Of a stretch of 64,000 bases of DNA, positions 1-12,809 are shown piece by piece. Positions within the stretch are counted from its first letter, which is position 1. Every line of letters starts with the position of its first letter. The notes below the pieces were generated by a model that was given only the letters and a program-made list of their open reading frames with translations, made no database searches and was not told the origin of the DNA. This DNA is from Lytechinus pictus (lineage: Eukaryota), in NCBI RefSeq assembly GCF_037042905.1, contig NC_087248.1:7688001-7752000 (forward strand), given 5' to 3'. The position numbers were made by a program, and so were the translations under genes.

Positions 1-1087
1 CCCGCTACGCGGGCTGGAGCTCTCTGGGTTATCCTAGTACCAATGAGGTCCAACATTACATGCAGCGAAGTGGGAGTTGCACGACAGCCAAAAAGTGATT
101 AAGTCACTGACACTGTTTTTTTAGTCTTAGACTTATGATATTAAGTTTATTTTTTCACGGAATAATAATCTTTATTTTGGTCCAGTTCTTTTGATGTATT
201 TTTATGAAATAAAGACAAAAATCAATGAGCCCTGTCGGGGGGAATTTGCTTTTTGTTAACCCCTATTGTTGTTGTTGTTGTTAACCCCTATAGCGGCGGC
301 ATGATCGTGAGCCATCTGTGTACGAGAAATTTAAAACGATTAAAATGTTTAAAAACCTCCTTGAAACAGACGGCTTCCAGCTGTCTATGACTTGTCTAGG
401 TTTTCCTGGGAAATCTGACTTGTCTCTGAGACTGAGCTCTGTCTCTGGACTGAGCTCTGTCTGACTCTAGTTACTTTTGTCAACTCAGAGGGAGAAAGTG
501 TTATCCATCCATGCAGCAACTACTACTAGCTGGCCTATGGATCTCTGGGATTAGTGTAGGAAGAACAAAAAGAAAATGACATTATAAAAATAGAGTGGCA
601 AATCCATGTGTTGTCAGTCACTGCAAATAGTCAGTTGGCAGCTGTCTGTTTGGAGGAGTTTTTAAACATTTTTTTACTTTTTGAAATTTTTCCTCCAACA
701 CAGACAGCTATCCATTGTGTGATTAGGGACCTTGCAGTAAAAAAAAATTCTGGCACTTCCGGGTTACTGGCATACATGTATTAAAACCAGTGCCTAAGGC
801 CAATCAGATATACAACTACTGCACTAATACAAAATACACATTAACAATTATTGCATAATTATATAATACAACATACTAAAATAGTTTTGTCTGGTTTTTG
901 TTTCTTCCATTGAGTCCCTGTAGTGTTCAGACCAAATTAGAACTTTGGTTTCTGCTCGTGGAGCCAATGGATATAACAGTGGAACAACCAATGTAACAGA
1001 GACCAAAGCTTTTGGTCTAACGCTGCAAGTACCCCTGCCTGACCTTTGTCTTACAATTTAATTTTGCTTAATTTGAATTTATCTTAG

Positions 1088-4000
1088 ATGGCACGGAAAG
1101 CCCAAGCAAGAATGACATCATCATCAAGTAGTATTGGATCAGCGGTAATAGCTCAGTCGCAGTTCTTAGAAGCCAAAGTTCCACAGCTGATGGCAAACTT
1201 TTCTGTCAGAGGGAATCAACATTCACCATGGATACCAGAAGTAAGTTCAATAAGTTTAGCAATGACTTGAGTGTTAACCATTCCTTACACTTTGATATTT
1301 TGTAAGGTAAGGGCACTTTTGTATTAAGGCACTTTTCTACGTCTTACAGCACAAATTTGATAAACAAATTTAAAAGAGCACACAAAATATCCAAGGCTAA
1401 TGACAGAAACAATGAGGTCAATAATTAAGGCATCCCAGGCCATGAAATTTAAGATTGCTTCATATTAAGTCAAGCCCTGGTTCACTCTTTCTAACCTTAA
1501 TTCTTTTTCTTATTTGTTTGTTTAAAGAAATTTTCTTGTATACCATCAGATTTCAAAGAAAATTTGATGCATACATTGGTTGAGACATATTGTGGAGGTG
1601 TCGTGGTGTATTGTTTCAGTCACTTGACTCTGAAACCAAGGTTGAGTGGTTTGAATCCCAACAGGCGCAATGTCCTTTGGCAACGCACTTATCCACATTC
1701 GTCACTTTCCACCCAGGTGTTAAACGGGTACCCAGTAGAATGTGAAAGTCAAAGTGATTAGATTAGCATGTGTGCACAGATAAACGGTTGCCTGGCCAGG
1801 ATACTCCCTAGGGAGTGGAGATGGTGCACTTTATGTGTGGTACAGCGATGGATCCTACATGTATGACCGGGATGATAATAATTACAATGTAAAGCGCATA
1901 GAAACAAAGGAATGAAGTGCCATATAAATGTAACTATTATTATTATTATTACTATTAACAATATGATTACATGTATCAAGGATTTCCAGGCAGCTTATCC
2001 TTTCTGTGTGTTTGGTTTGATTTCAGTCGACTGTCCAGGAGGTTTGTGACCATTACCATGGGCTAGCTAATGAGGGCAGGTTGACCTTCCTGTCAGCCAT
2101 GGCATCAGGAATGGGTACAAGGCATGACAGGGTCCGCAAGGAAGCCAATCTTCTACAAACCCAAGCGGTATGTGTCTTCTTTTACAAGTAAAGGTCACCA
2201 CATCGGCTATGCAACATTTGCTCTTATGACAGTTGCACCTCCACTAATTTTTTGAAGATATAAAATTGAGGGTTAGGGTTTTTATAGGGTTTTTGGTTCA
2301 GAATCATCAATCATATAAGGATCAGGAATAAGGTTGAGGTAAGGTTTGAAGCTCAGGTTTATGTTTGTCTAAGTGCATTTTCAGTAGGAGCAATAGCTCA
2401 GTCGATGGAGCAGGGGTTTCGGATTCCTGTGACCTGGGTTTCATTCCCACTTGGTGCGCCAGTGCCCTCTGGTAAGGCATTAATCATCATTACCAAGTCC
2501 CTTGCAAAGGACCTTAAGTCGTCGGTCCTCTGGTTGCTTGCTTACAAGTATACACGCTTCTTAGCAATCAGGTAAAAAAACAAGTGGAATGCCTCTGGCG
2601 GTCTCACCTGCATCACGCGATTTAATATAGCAGCAGTGCTGACTTTGAAAACTACTATAAAATAATTCTTCACAAAAAACACCATATAATGATATAATAC
2701 TACGTTCATTGACATTTGACCTTGATCATGTGACCTAAAACTTGTCAGTGATACTTGATTACCCCTATATCTACATTTTATACACCATATTTATAAACTT
2801 CGAAAGTTATGACAGCAATCTAATAATTACCTCTAAAATGGCAAAAATTCAATGACCTTTGACTTTGGTCATGTGACCTGAAACTCGCATGAGATGTTCA
2901 GTGATACTTGACGACTCTTATGTACAAGTTTTATGAACTAGACCAATGTACTTACAGAGTTATGATGGTAATTCAACAAATACCCCAAACATGGCCAATG
3001 TCCATTGACCTTTGAGCTTGGTCATGTGACCTTACACTTGCATGAGATGTTCAGTGATACTTGGTTACTCTTATGTCCACGTTTTATGAACTAGACCAAT
3101 ATACTTACAGAGATATGATGGTAATTCAACAAATACCCCCAACATGGCCAAAGTTTATTGACCTTACATGACCTTTGACCTTGATCATGTGACCTGAAAC
3201 TCGTACAGGATGTTAAGTGATACTAGATGACTCTTATGTCCAAGTTTCATGAGTCAGATCCATAAACTTTTGTTGTTATGATGGTAATTCAACAGATACC
3301 CCCATTATGGCCAAAGTTCCTTGACATTTGACCTTGGTTGGTCATGTGACCTGAAATGCGCACAGGATGTTCAGTGATACTATGAACTAGACCAATATAC
3401 TTTCAAAGTTATGATAATAATTCAACAAATACCCCCAATTTGCCCAAAGTTCATTGACCCTAAATGACCTTTGACCTTAATCATGTGACCTGAAACTTGC
3501 ACAGGATGTTTAGTGATACTTGATTACTATTATGTCCAAGTTTTATGAATCAGATCCATAAACTTATAAAGTTATGATGGTAATTCAACAGATACCCCAA
3601 GTTTGGCCAAAGTTCATTGACCCTAAATGACCTTTGAACTTGGTCATGTGACGTGAAACTCTTGCAGGATGTTCAGTAATACTTGATTAACCTTATGCCT
3701 AAATTTCATGAACTTGGTCCATATATTTTCTAAGTTATGATGACATTTCAAAAACTTAACCTTAGGTTAAGATTTTGATGTTGATTCCCCCAACATGGTC
3801 TAATAAGTTCATTGACCCTAAATGACCTTTGACCTTGGTCATGTGACAAGAAACTCGGGCAGGATGTTCAGTAATACTTTATTAACCTTATGGCCAAGTT
3901 TCATGAACTAGGTTCATATGCTTTCTAAGTTATGCTGTCATTTCAAAAACTTAACCTTCGGTTAAGATTTGGTGTTGACGCCGTCGCCGCCGTCGGAAAA

Positions 4001-7000
4001 GCGGCGCCTATAGTCTCACTCTGCTATGCAGGTGAGACAAAAAAATCATAGAACCACTACCTCATAAGCCATTCGCACAAGGTCTAACTGTGAACAGAGG
4101 ATGATCAAGTTTCTGCATCCACTGTCTAAGTCAACCTTCAATAGTTAAAATATTCGCCCTGGTCAGAGCAATATTTTGAACAAAGCAATTGTCACATACC
4201 ACTTCCTAGCCGAACTTCCTAAGATATGACTACTTCACATCTTTTGAAAATGTGAATTAGTCATTATATCTTTGACTGGATTTTGTTTGATTTCTGTGTT
4301 ATTCAAGTACCATTCAAAATTTACATCGCAGATTTGATACATCTTTTATTTTCAGGGTAGAGAGGATGCCTCCATCCTCCAGGCGGAGAATCGTCTCCGT
4401 CAGTCCCTCATCCCAGGTTACTCCACTCTCTTCTCCCACATCAGTCGACTACAGGGAGGGGTCAAGTTCCTGGTTGATCTACGAGCAGACCTCTTGGTGA
4501 GATAGATAAAAGCATACTAGAAGTATTCATTGTAGATGTTTATATTGGAAATAATGATCATGATGGGGGCATCATGGTGTAGTGGTTCTGACTCTCGTCT
4601 TTCAGTCAGAGGATCGTGGGTTTGAATATCAGCCATGGCAGGTTTTCCTCCAGCACATTGTGTTGCACTCAACCCATAAGATCTCGGCCGTCGACTGCGC
4701 GATAGCGCCAAAAATTGGCACAAGGGTTGCCTGGGACATAATCTGCAAGATTGTATAATAATTTATTTCATGCGAATCATTATTTAGTGATTATGCTAAT
4801 TTATGCGTAATTAGTATGCGAAATCATACTTTTTCCTCTAACTCCCTAAATATAGCTCCAAATGTACTAATTTTTGGTATAGAAACTCTTTGTGGTGTTC
4901 TTAGCAAGTGTGCATGAAAAAAATTGTGATATCAAATTATTTTCTTATGTATTATATTGTTTTTTGCAATTTCTTATGTAATTCTTTGTCTTTTTAACCT
5001 TTTGATTTTCATTGTTTTTTCAATGAAATTTGTTGGGGACTCTTCTGAGATCATAAAAAGCATAAAATAAATACATTTAGACCAGCAAAACTAAAAATAA
5101 TCATGCATTTATGAATTTTGGTTGAAAACACAATTTGCTTTGACTTTGTACACAAAACCACGTTTTTGAGCAATTTTTGGTCTGACATGCACTTACATAA
5201 TGTTGCGTAATTTCGGAACGAAGTACCTGGGTGACGCAAAATTGGTCTCAAAAGTTGTGCAAGACTTGAAAGTAAAAAGTCAGCGAGCGGCGTGGTCAAA
5301 AAGTTTCGCGCGGCGAAAATATTGTGTGATTCGTTGAGGGGGGGCCTCCGAGGCTCCCCCCTGGCCTAGATAGGGTTAATACTTGTGTATATGTGTGACA
5401 ATGTACCGATGACCAGGGATATTAAGGTTGTAAACAAGTTTAGGGTCATTTTCTCAAGAAATTTTGTATTATCTATATTTTATTCACAGCCATTTGAGAG
5501 GCCAAAAATGATCTTAATCATATTCATCAAGGTATTAATGATTGTAATGATGATAATGAATGTTTTTGGAAATAATGACGAATTTCATGATGAGAGTGCC
5601 ATTTTCTGATTATCTTATTCTAGAATCACTTGTCATCCCAGAAATCACTCCCGAATGAAGCTGAATTGAAGGCGCTGAATGACACGTTGAAAGATCTCTT
5701 GATTGGATGGTTTGCTGCAGGAATGCTAAACCTAGAAAGAGTCACATGGTCATCATCATGTGACATGCTTGAGAAGGTAAATACATACAACTCCAGTCAG
5801 CATTCATCACCTTCACTCTCACGATCTAAAGCAAAAAGAATCCATTGTGATGAGATTAAGCTTAACATACATTAGAAAGTAGATAATGTTCTACTGTTTC
5901 AAGCAAAAGCAAAATACCTTTTTAGCATTTTCACCCTGGAATGGTGTCGTGGGGGTGGGGTGATAGGGGGCCTAAGAAGCCCTTTTTTTCTTCTCAATGA
6001 TAAAATAGGGGTATTACATAGTACTACAGCAAAGCCCTGTTTTGTTTTTTCATTTTTCTTCTCACTTCTGTCTTCCATTTCACCCCTTTTCATGTTTTTA
6101 AAAACGATATGAAAATTTATAAGGGCAACTTGCCCCTGCTGCTACCCCCCTCCCCCTCTGTATGAGATATGTTGATTTTTATTTAAAGTTGTTACTAAAT
6201 CGAATAAATATAAATTTCAGATAAGTCAGTATGAGGCAGTTCATCCTGTACGTCACTGGACTGACATCAAGCATCGAGTAGGACCATACCGCAGGTGTTT
6301 TGTGTTCACACACAGCAGCATGCCTAATGAACCGCTCGTCATCTTACACACCGCCCTCACCAGAGATATATCGGCCAGTATCCAGGTAGGTTCAAAGGTC
6401 ATGTATAAAGTTGGTTTGGATATAACAAAAAAATCAAGCAAAATCGATTGTAAAATAAGAAAGTTTGGCCATTTTAAATATCTTTTTATTTTTACAAAAC
6501 AGTGATATGCATATCATTTTGTATGCAAATAAGAGAGCCAATGATGTCACACACTCCCTATTAATCTTGTATCAAGTATTTATACTTATCCTCTATTTCT
6601 GTAGAAATTGGTGGGACTCTCATGGAAAATGTATTAATCTTTATTATCATATTTTGGGATTTGTTAGAGATCCTCTAAGTTATCAAATTCATAAAACCTG
6701 ACATGTTTGGCACTTTATGTGCCAAAATAAATCATCACAGGCACTATCCTCTGCATACTCACCTTGACACTCATGTAAGAAATGTTTTTTTTGTCAGTGA
6801 GCAAAGCTGTAAGAATAAATATGGAATTATGCTATTCTTATAGGCTTTGTATATGTGCCACTTGGGTTCTAGCAGGCAATGGGTTTACAAGTGTTTGTTT
6901 GTATTTCAGTCCATCGTACGTAAGCAAGATGACATAGCTATCGGAGTGAAACCAGGAGAAGAGGATCCTGATGAGGCCCAGGCTGCTATCTTCTACTCTA

Positions 7001-10000
7001 TCACATCAACTCAAAAAGGTACTTATTAATCATCCCGGATAATAATTACGTGTGGGTGCATCGTGGTCTGGTGGTTCTGACGGTAAATTGCCAATTCGTC
7101 CACTGCCAACTCGCCCACTCACCACATGGTCTACCTTCATTTAGTCTAATGCCATTCCGTCCATCAACATTTTGTCTAACATCCATTAGGTCCAATAACC
7201 ATTTGGTCCAATCATCACTTAATCTAATCACCAGTTTGTCTATGACCATTTTGTCTCATAACCAGTTGGTCTAATATTCGTTTTATTTGTATTTATTTTG
7301 CCCAATTAACACTTAGTCTTATTAGATCAAATGGTATATGGACTAAGTGGCTATTGGACCAACGGGTGTTTATAAGAAATGGTTAGTGGATTCAATGGAA
7401 ATTAGACCATGTGGATATTGGAAAAATTAATGATAGGCCAAATGATAGCAGACAAGTTGGTAATTGGACGAATTGGCATTGGACCAAATGAAAATAAACC
7501 GTTCTGACTCTCGCCTTTCAAACAGAGGGTTGTGTGTTCGAATCGTAGCCATGGCATGTTTTCATTCAGCAAGAAATTTATCCACACTGCTGCACTCGAC
7601 CCAGGTGAGGTGAATGGATACCTGGCAGGATTAACTCCTTGCATGTACTGAGCACCGGTGATGGTAGCTCGAGCTAAAGTCGGGGTAATAATAGCAGTGC
7701 TTTGTATCCTCAGGCAAATAGCACTTTATAAATCCAGCTATTATTATTATTAATTATACTCGCTTATATAGCGCTTAACACTAAATTTATCATCTCTCTT
7801 TTAAAATCACCTTTTTAAAATAATGATATTCTTGTACATAATGTATTGAGTAATGACTTGTCAAAATCCAAATTTTTTTCTCATAAAAAAAGGAAATCCT
7901 TGGGTCATGTCAAAATAAACTTTTCCACTGGATATGATGTAATGAAAGACATGTAAATCTGTACAGTAACTCTTATGATAAATATGGGGGGGGGGGCTGC
8001 TTAATCAGCATCTTCCCTTTCCTGGGATATATAATTTTTGAAATATCCTTGATTACATCAAAAGAAAGTATGGAAAAGGGGATGAGATGCAGTGGATAAA
8101 AGGTTGACTCAGAGAGATGATTTAAATGGCATTCTTTTTTTGTCTTTAATAGGTCTTCAAGGTGTGGAGCTTGGTAACCATCTCATTAAGAGTGTCGTCA
8201 AGGAGCTACAGTCTGAGTTTCCCAGCATGCATCTCTTCTCAAGCCTCTCACCAATCCCAGGCTTCAGGGACTGGCTCGTGTCACAGATCAACAAGGAGGT
8301 CAAAGGTTAGAGTGTGTTACTATTTTATTTTATTTTTGCTACCTTTATATTGGTTAGTTTCCAGATATTTCTGTATCTTTATCATGATTTGTTTAAAAAA
8401 ATGTAATAAGGGGATATCAAATTTATGACCCAACAAGCTATAAAAGGTGTTATTTAGTGCAAAGCCAGCATTAATAATATGATTTTAAAAGATGCAAAAA
8501 TAGGTGACCAAAGTTGCTTGGATTGTTTTCCATCATTTAGTGTAGAGCTTTATATCTCAGTTTTACAAACAATTTATTGGTAGCAAAATATTTGCTTCTA
8601 AAATGTTCTATTTTTTGTGTGAGATTGTTATAATGTGAGGAGCATGGCTCTTTGCTATGAATAGAGAAGGGTTGCAACTTTTTCAATGTGTAATTTGGTT
8701 ATTACATTTGAACCTGCCTACTAACAAAACATATATGGATGCCAAAATAAATCAGTCACTTGCTTATGGAATGAAAGTAAGAAATACAATCAGTCGGCAG
8801 GCCTATCTAATATCCTTCTCTTCGAATTGCAGATGAACATAAAAACAGCTTACTCACTGCACAAGAATTAGACTCGTTCCAGTCTGCTTTAGACATTGCA
8901 TCACCACAGGCATTGCCAACCCTGAAGAAAGTCATTGTAACAAATGAATGGGTCAAGTCTGAGAGGCTGGTCGAGAGTCTACAGTCTCCTCTCATGAGGT
9001 TATGTGCAAGGTGGGACTATTGTGTGTGTTTTTTTTAAAATTAGAATCAGTTTTCTTTTTTGGTCTATGAAATACATGTAGTTTGCCAAATAAATATATT
9101 TCAAATAACTATATGTCAAAATGTACAAAACAAACTAATTGTTGAAAATGGAAATAAACGAAATGAAATGAAACTAGTAGATCTATGGGTTTAATGCTAA
9201 AGAGTGAAGATTAAGAACCATAAAATAATGTTTGTATTTGATTTATCAATTAAGGACGTTCCACAGTTATGTTTGTGCGCATTATGATCTGCGCATATTT
9301 TACACTCTGCGCGCTGACGTCACAATGGATGAACAGGTGATTAATTAGCTGTGGGTATGAGCTGATTTTTTTCATCATCTGCACTCTAACTGCAGATCAT
9401 ATGCGTTATTTTATGAAGCTAAAAAAATTGAATTATTCCATGGACCATTTTAAAAATATATCTACAATTTCAAAATACTTTACTCTGCAGTGCTGCCAAA
9501 AATCACGTATATGACCCCGAGTTTGAATAAATGGTAGAGTGGTTTTGATTTTTTCTTCACATAGATACAAAGCATTTGGCGCATTTTTGGTGTTTTAAAA
9601 AGCACATTTGCTCAAATAAAAATGCTGATAGTTTGAAAACAAGCACATGAACCCCCATTTTTGTCTCACCTGCATAGCAGAGTGAGACTATAGGCGCCGC
9701 TGTTCCGACGGCGGCGGCGACGGCGACGGCGGCGGCGGCGGCGACGGCGGCGGCGGCGGCGGCGTCAACACCAAATCTTAACCTGAGGTTAAGTTTTTGA
9801 AATGACAGCATAACTTAGAAAGTATATGGACCTAATTCATGAAACTTGGCCATAAGGTTAATCAAGTATTACTGAACATCCTGCCTGAGTTTCATGTCAC
9901 ATGACCAAGGTCAAAGGTCATTTAGGGTCAATGAACTTAGACCATGTTGGGGGAATCAACATCAAAATCTTAACCTAAGGTTAAGTTTTTGAAATGTCAT

Positions 10001-12809
10001 CATAACTTAGAAAATATATGGACCTAGTTCATGAAACTTATACATAAGGTTAATCAAGTATCACTGAACATCCTGCATGAGTTTCACGTCACATGACCAA
10101 GGTCAAAGGTCATTTAGGGTCAATGAACTTTGGCCGAATTGGGGGTATCTGTTGAATTACCATCATAACTTTGAAAGTTTATGGATCTGATTCATGAAAC
10201 TTGGACATAATAGTAATCAAGTATTACTGAACATCCTGTGCAAGTTTAAGGTCACATGATCAAGGTCAAAGGTCATTTAGGGTCAATGAACTTTGGCCAA
10301 ATTGGGGTATTTGTTGAATTACAGCCATAAATTTGAAAGTGTGTTGGTCTAGTTCATAAAACTTGGACATAATAGTAATCAAGTATCACTGAACATCCTG
10401 TGCGAGTTTCAGGTCACATGATCAAGGTCAAAGGTCATGTAAGGTCAAAGAACTTTGGCCACGTTGGGGGTATTTGTTGAATTGCCATCATATCTCTATA
10501 AGTGTATTGGTCTAGTTCATAAAACGTGGAAATAAGAGTAACCAAGTATCACTGAACATCTTGTGCGAGTTATAGTAGTTTTCAAAATCAGCACTGCTGC
10601 TATATTGAATCGCGTGATGCAGGTGAGACGGCCAGAGGCATTCCACTTGTTTAATGTTTGTACCTCTTAGGTATACCTTCCTCTACAACTTTGCAAATTT
10701 TGGTGAAAATGACATGGATTTTGAATAAAGTGCAGCATTTATTGTACTTTTGTAGTTTGTTACTGAAATTTCACATTTTTGAGATTGGGTTTTTGTTATC
10801 TTTTACGTCATTTTTAAGAACTGACAGTGCTGTTAGACTTAAAATTGCAAACAAATAGCACTATAAATAGATTCTCCATTCTAACGATACAATTATTAAC
10901 TCTCTTGCGAAATTTGATGACTTTTTCATGTATTTTGACAGAGTAATAGAGGTTTAAATTAATTGTAGTGATCTTGCGAGGTCTAAAAATGCCAAATTCT
11001 TTTGAATGCGCAATTCTTAAGAACATCAATTTGGGTATGAACTTTGAAGCTCTATAGCAAAAAATCAAGCACATGGACCTAAGTTAATTTTTGCCTATTT
11101 CAAATATTAAGGTTCTAAAGTATCTATGTGCAAAGTTTGGTGAAAATGACATGGATTTCACTTTAACTGTGGAACGTCCTTAAGAGGACACAAAGCTGTG
11201 ACAAGTGGTAGAGCTGTGTTATTCTAGATTAAAAAGTATTTTCAGTATCAGGGGCCGCGGAAGCGGGCGGGGGGGGGGGGGGGGGTTGGTGCTCACTTTT
11301 TTTCCAAAACCATGTACAAAAACGTAAAAATGACCACACGATTGTGATTTTTTGCATGGTCAGCCCCCCACTTTGGAAACCATTCCACGGCCCCTGAGTA
11401 TAATGTAAATGCAGTCAGTAAGGCTGCATTTCTCCATATTAGAAGATTCTGTGTCATGGATGAGAAATCAATATCTTCAAATTAAAAGACTTCTCATTTT
11501 AGAATTACATTCCTAAACAAAAAAAAAATGGGAGATATGATAGGATGTAGGTCATGTGACCGTCACCTTGTTGATGTAAGGGTTGTATATTACACAGGAA
11601 ATACCAACAGTGTAAAATTCACATCATCATCAGTATTTGGAACAATGGCAGGCCAGGTGGAATTGAGAAATGTACATAAAATCAATGACAAGGTATTTCT
11701 TGGCCAAGATCTGTAAACAAGCAGGAATGCAATCTACAATTCTTGCAAAGTTTGGTGAACCTTGCAGTGTCAAGGGTAATTTTGAATTAATAAATTTAAT
11801 AGTATTTTATGTATTTTATTGAACATGTGCTATTGATTTTTTGTTTGTTTGGAACTTGATACATTATTTTTTCCCCATAACCTGGTAAATATTATTCAAG
11901 AAATATTGATTCAGCGAGGCATTGCATATTTTTTCATGATATTGAATTTATTTTTTGAATCATTTGTTTTATACACATTTTTGACAGGTACCTGTATTCA
12001 GAAAAGAGACGCAAAATGGCACTGAATACTGTAGGTGAGTGGTGAAACATTTCATTTTCATGGTTTGGAGATTCAGGAGAGGGTTGTTAGGGGTGGTTTT
12101 ACCAAGGAGGGCATCTACGTAAGTTCTCCAAATCTCTTACAAATTCACAAAATTTACTAAAAGAACCTTCCCTGATCCCTTCCCCTCCCTCTTTGGATAC
12201 CAGTGAGATTTTGGATTTTGAGTCAAAAGGCTCACAGTATTTTGATTTATTGAATTTTGAGCTACATGTAGTTTTAATATCCAACACATATCCCTGCTAT
12301 TATTCATAATATTATAGAAGTTGGTATGTAGTCTTGTTTAATGTTCCCTATTCATTGAAGTTTATAGAGTGTCATGATATTTCAAATAATTTTGATTCCA
12401 TATTATATCATATTATATTAATATCATGTTTCCCTACTGGGCAGTTCTCTACTTTTAGCTTGAAATAAGTTTAACAAAATTTGTAATTTTTAGGATTATT
12501 CCGTGTTTGTTTTAAATTTTTTTGCCAATTATGTTACTAATTTGTTTTTTGTCCTCTCTTTCAGCAAACTTCCATCTTCGGAACGGTGCGACCATGTGGC
12601 GCCTCAACTGGTTGGGCGACACCTCCCCACGGGGTCTGACCGCCTCCTGCGGCATGATGGTCAACTATCGGTACTACCTTGAGAACACGACAAGCCTCAG
12701 CCAGCACTATATAGAAACACAGAACATTAAAGCTTCCCAACAGATCTTGGATTTGGTAGGGGAAGGTTTGTCCAGCGGGGACACAGGGAATGTGAACAGC
12801 AAATTATGA
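1088..12809 (+). CDS. MLYCD: Malonyl-CoA decarboxylase, 10 coding exons, ~494 aa (an additional upstream exon is possible)
   Basis: Exons with AG/GT borders and consistent phase: 1088-1240, 2027-2167, 4356-4496, 5624-5776, 6221-6385, 6910-7018, 8153-8305, 8833-9010, 11988-12034, 12565-12809 (1485 nt). MCD motifs seen: [95 protein letters not shown]-terminus SKL (PTS1). ATG 1088 directly follows a TTAG acceptor, so the true start may lie upstream. Confidence 0.95.
1594..1957 (+). mobile_element. tRNA-derived SINE (related copies 4568-4672, 7050-7080+7502-7752, 56301-56376+56591-56665; a different SINE at 2386-2575)
   Basis: A-box-like TCGTGGTGTA..G, B-box-like GGTTTGAATCCC, core ATCCACA..GTCACT..ACCCAGGTG..AAACGGGTACC, and (TAT)n tail. 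Confidence 0.7.
2579..4043 (+). mobile_element. Helentron-associated (HINE / Tsp-pearl-like) satellite-bearing element, family A, copy 1
   Basis: 5' AACAAGTGGAATGCC; subterminal IR GTCTCACCTGCA / TGCAGGTGAGAC; ~8 tandem ~150-190-bp monomers containing TGACCTTTGACC; (GCC)n microsatellite; 3' CAAAAA. Confidence 0.8.
4672..5378. mobile_element. piggyBac-like MITE, 5'-truncated, adjoining a SINE head (4568-4672)
   Basis: Homologous to 18623-19297; ends AGGG|TTAA. Confidence 0.7.
7081..7501. mobile_element. Unclassified foldback-type MITE inserted in a tRNA-derived SINE
   Basis: The flanking duplication reads as TTCTGA (CGGT..ACCG ends) or GTTCTGAC (GG..CC ends). Internal CCAATTCGTCC / GGACGAATTGG inverted repeats. 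Confidence 0.75.
9254..11179. mobile_element. Kolobok-like non-autonomous DNA transposon
   Basis: Perfect 16-bp TIR GGACGTTCCACAGTTA; TTAA at 9250-9253 and 11180-11183; RR..YY termini. Confidence 0.8.
9658..10652 (-). mobile_element. HINE-like family A, copy 2 (inverted), nested in a Kolobok-like element
   Basis: Reverse complement of the copy-1 ends; expanded (GGC)n at 9708-9764; AGGTCAAAGGTCA at 9908, 10100, 10263 and 10424. Confidence 0.8.

Noticed and set aside
1-100. Upstream MLYCD coding exon
   Set aside because: GC-rich and plausible, but no convincing in-phase donor or start is visible within the window.
2386-2460. tRNA gene
   Set aside because: A/B-box-like motifs are present but the cloverleaf is degenerate and a SINE body follows; the same holds for 1594, 4568, 7050 and 56301.
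9557-9811. Poly-Ala ORF
   Set aside because: (GCC)n microsatellite of the HINE-like element.
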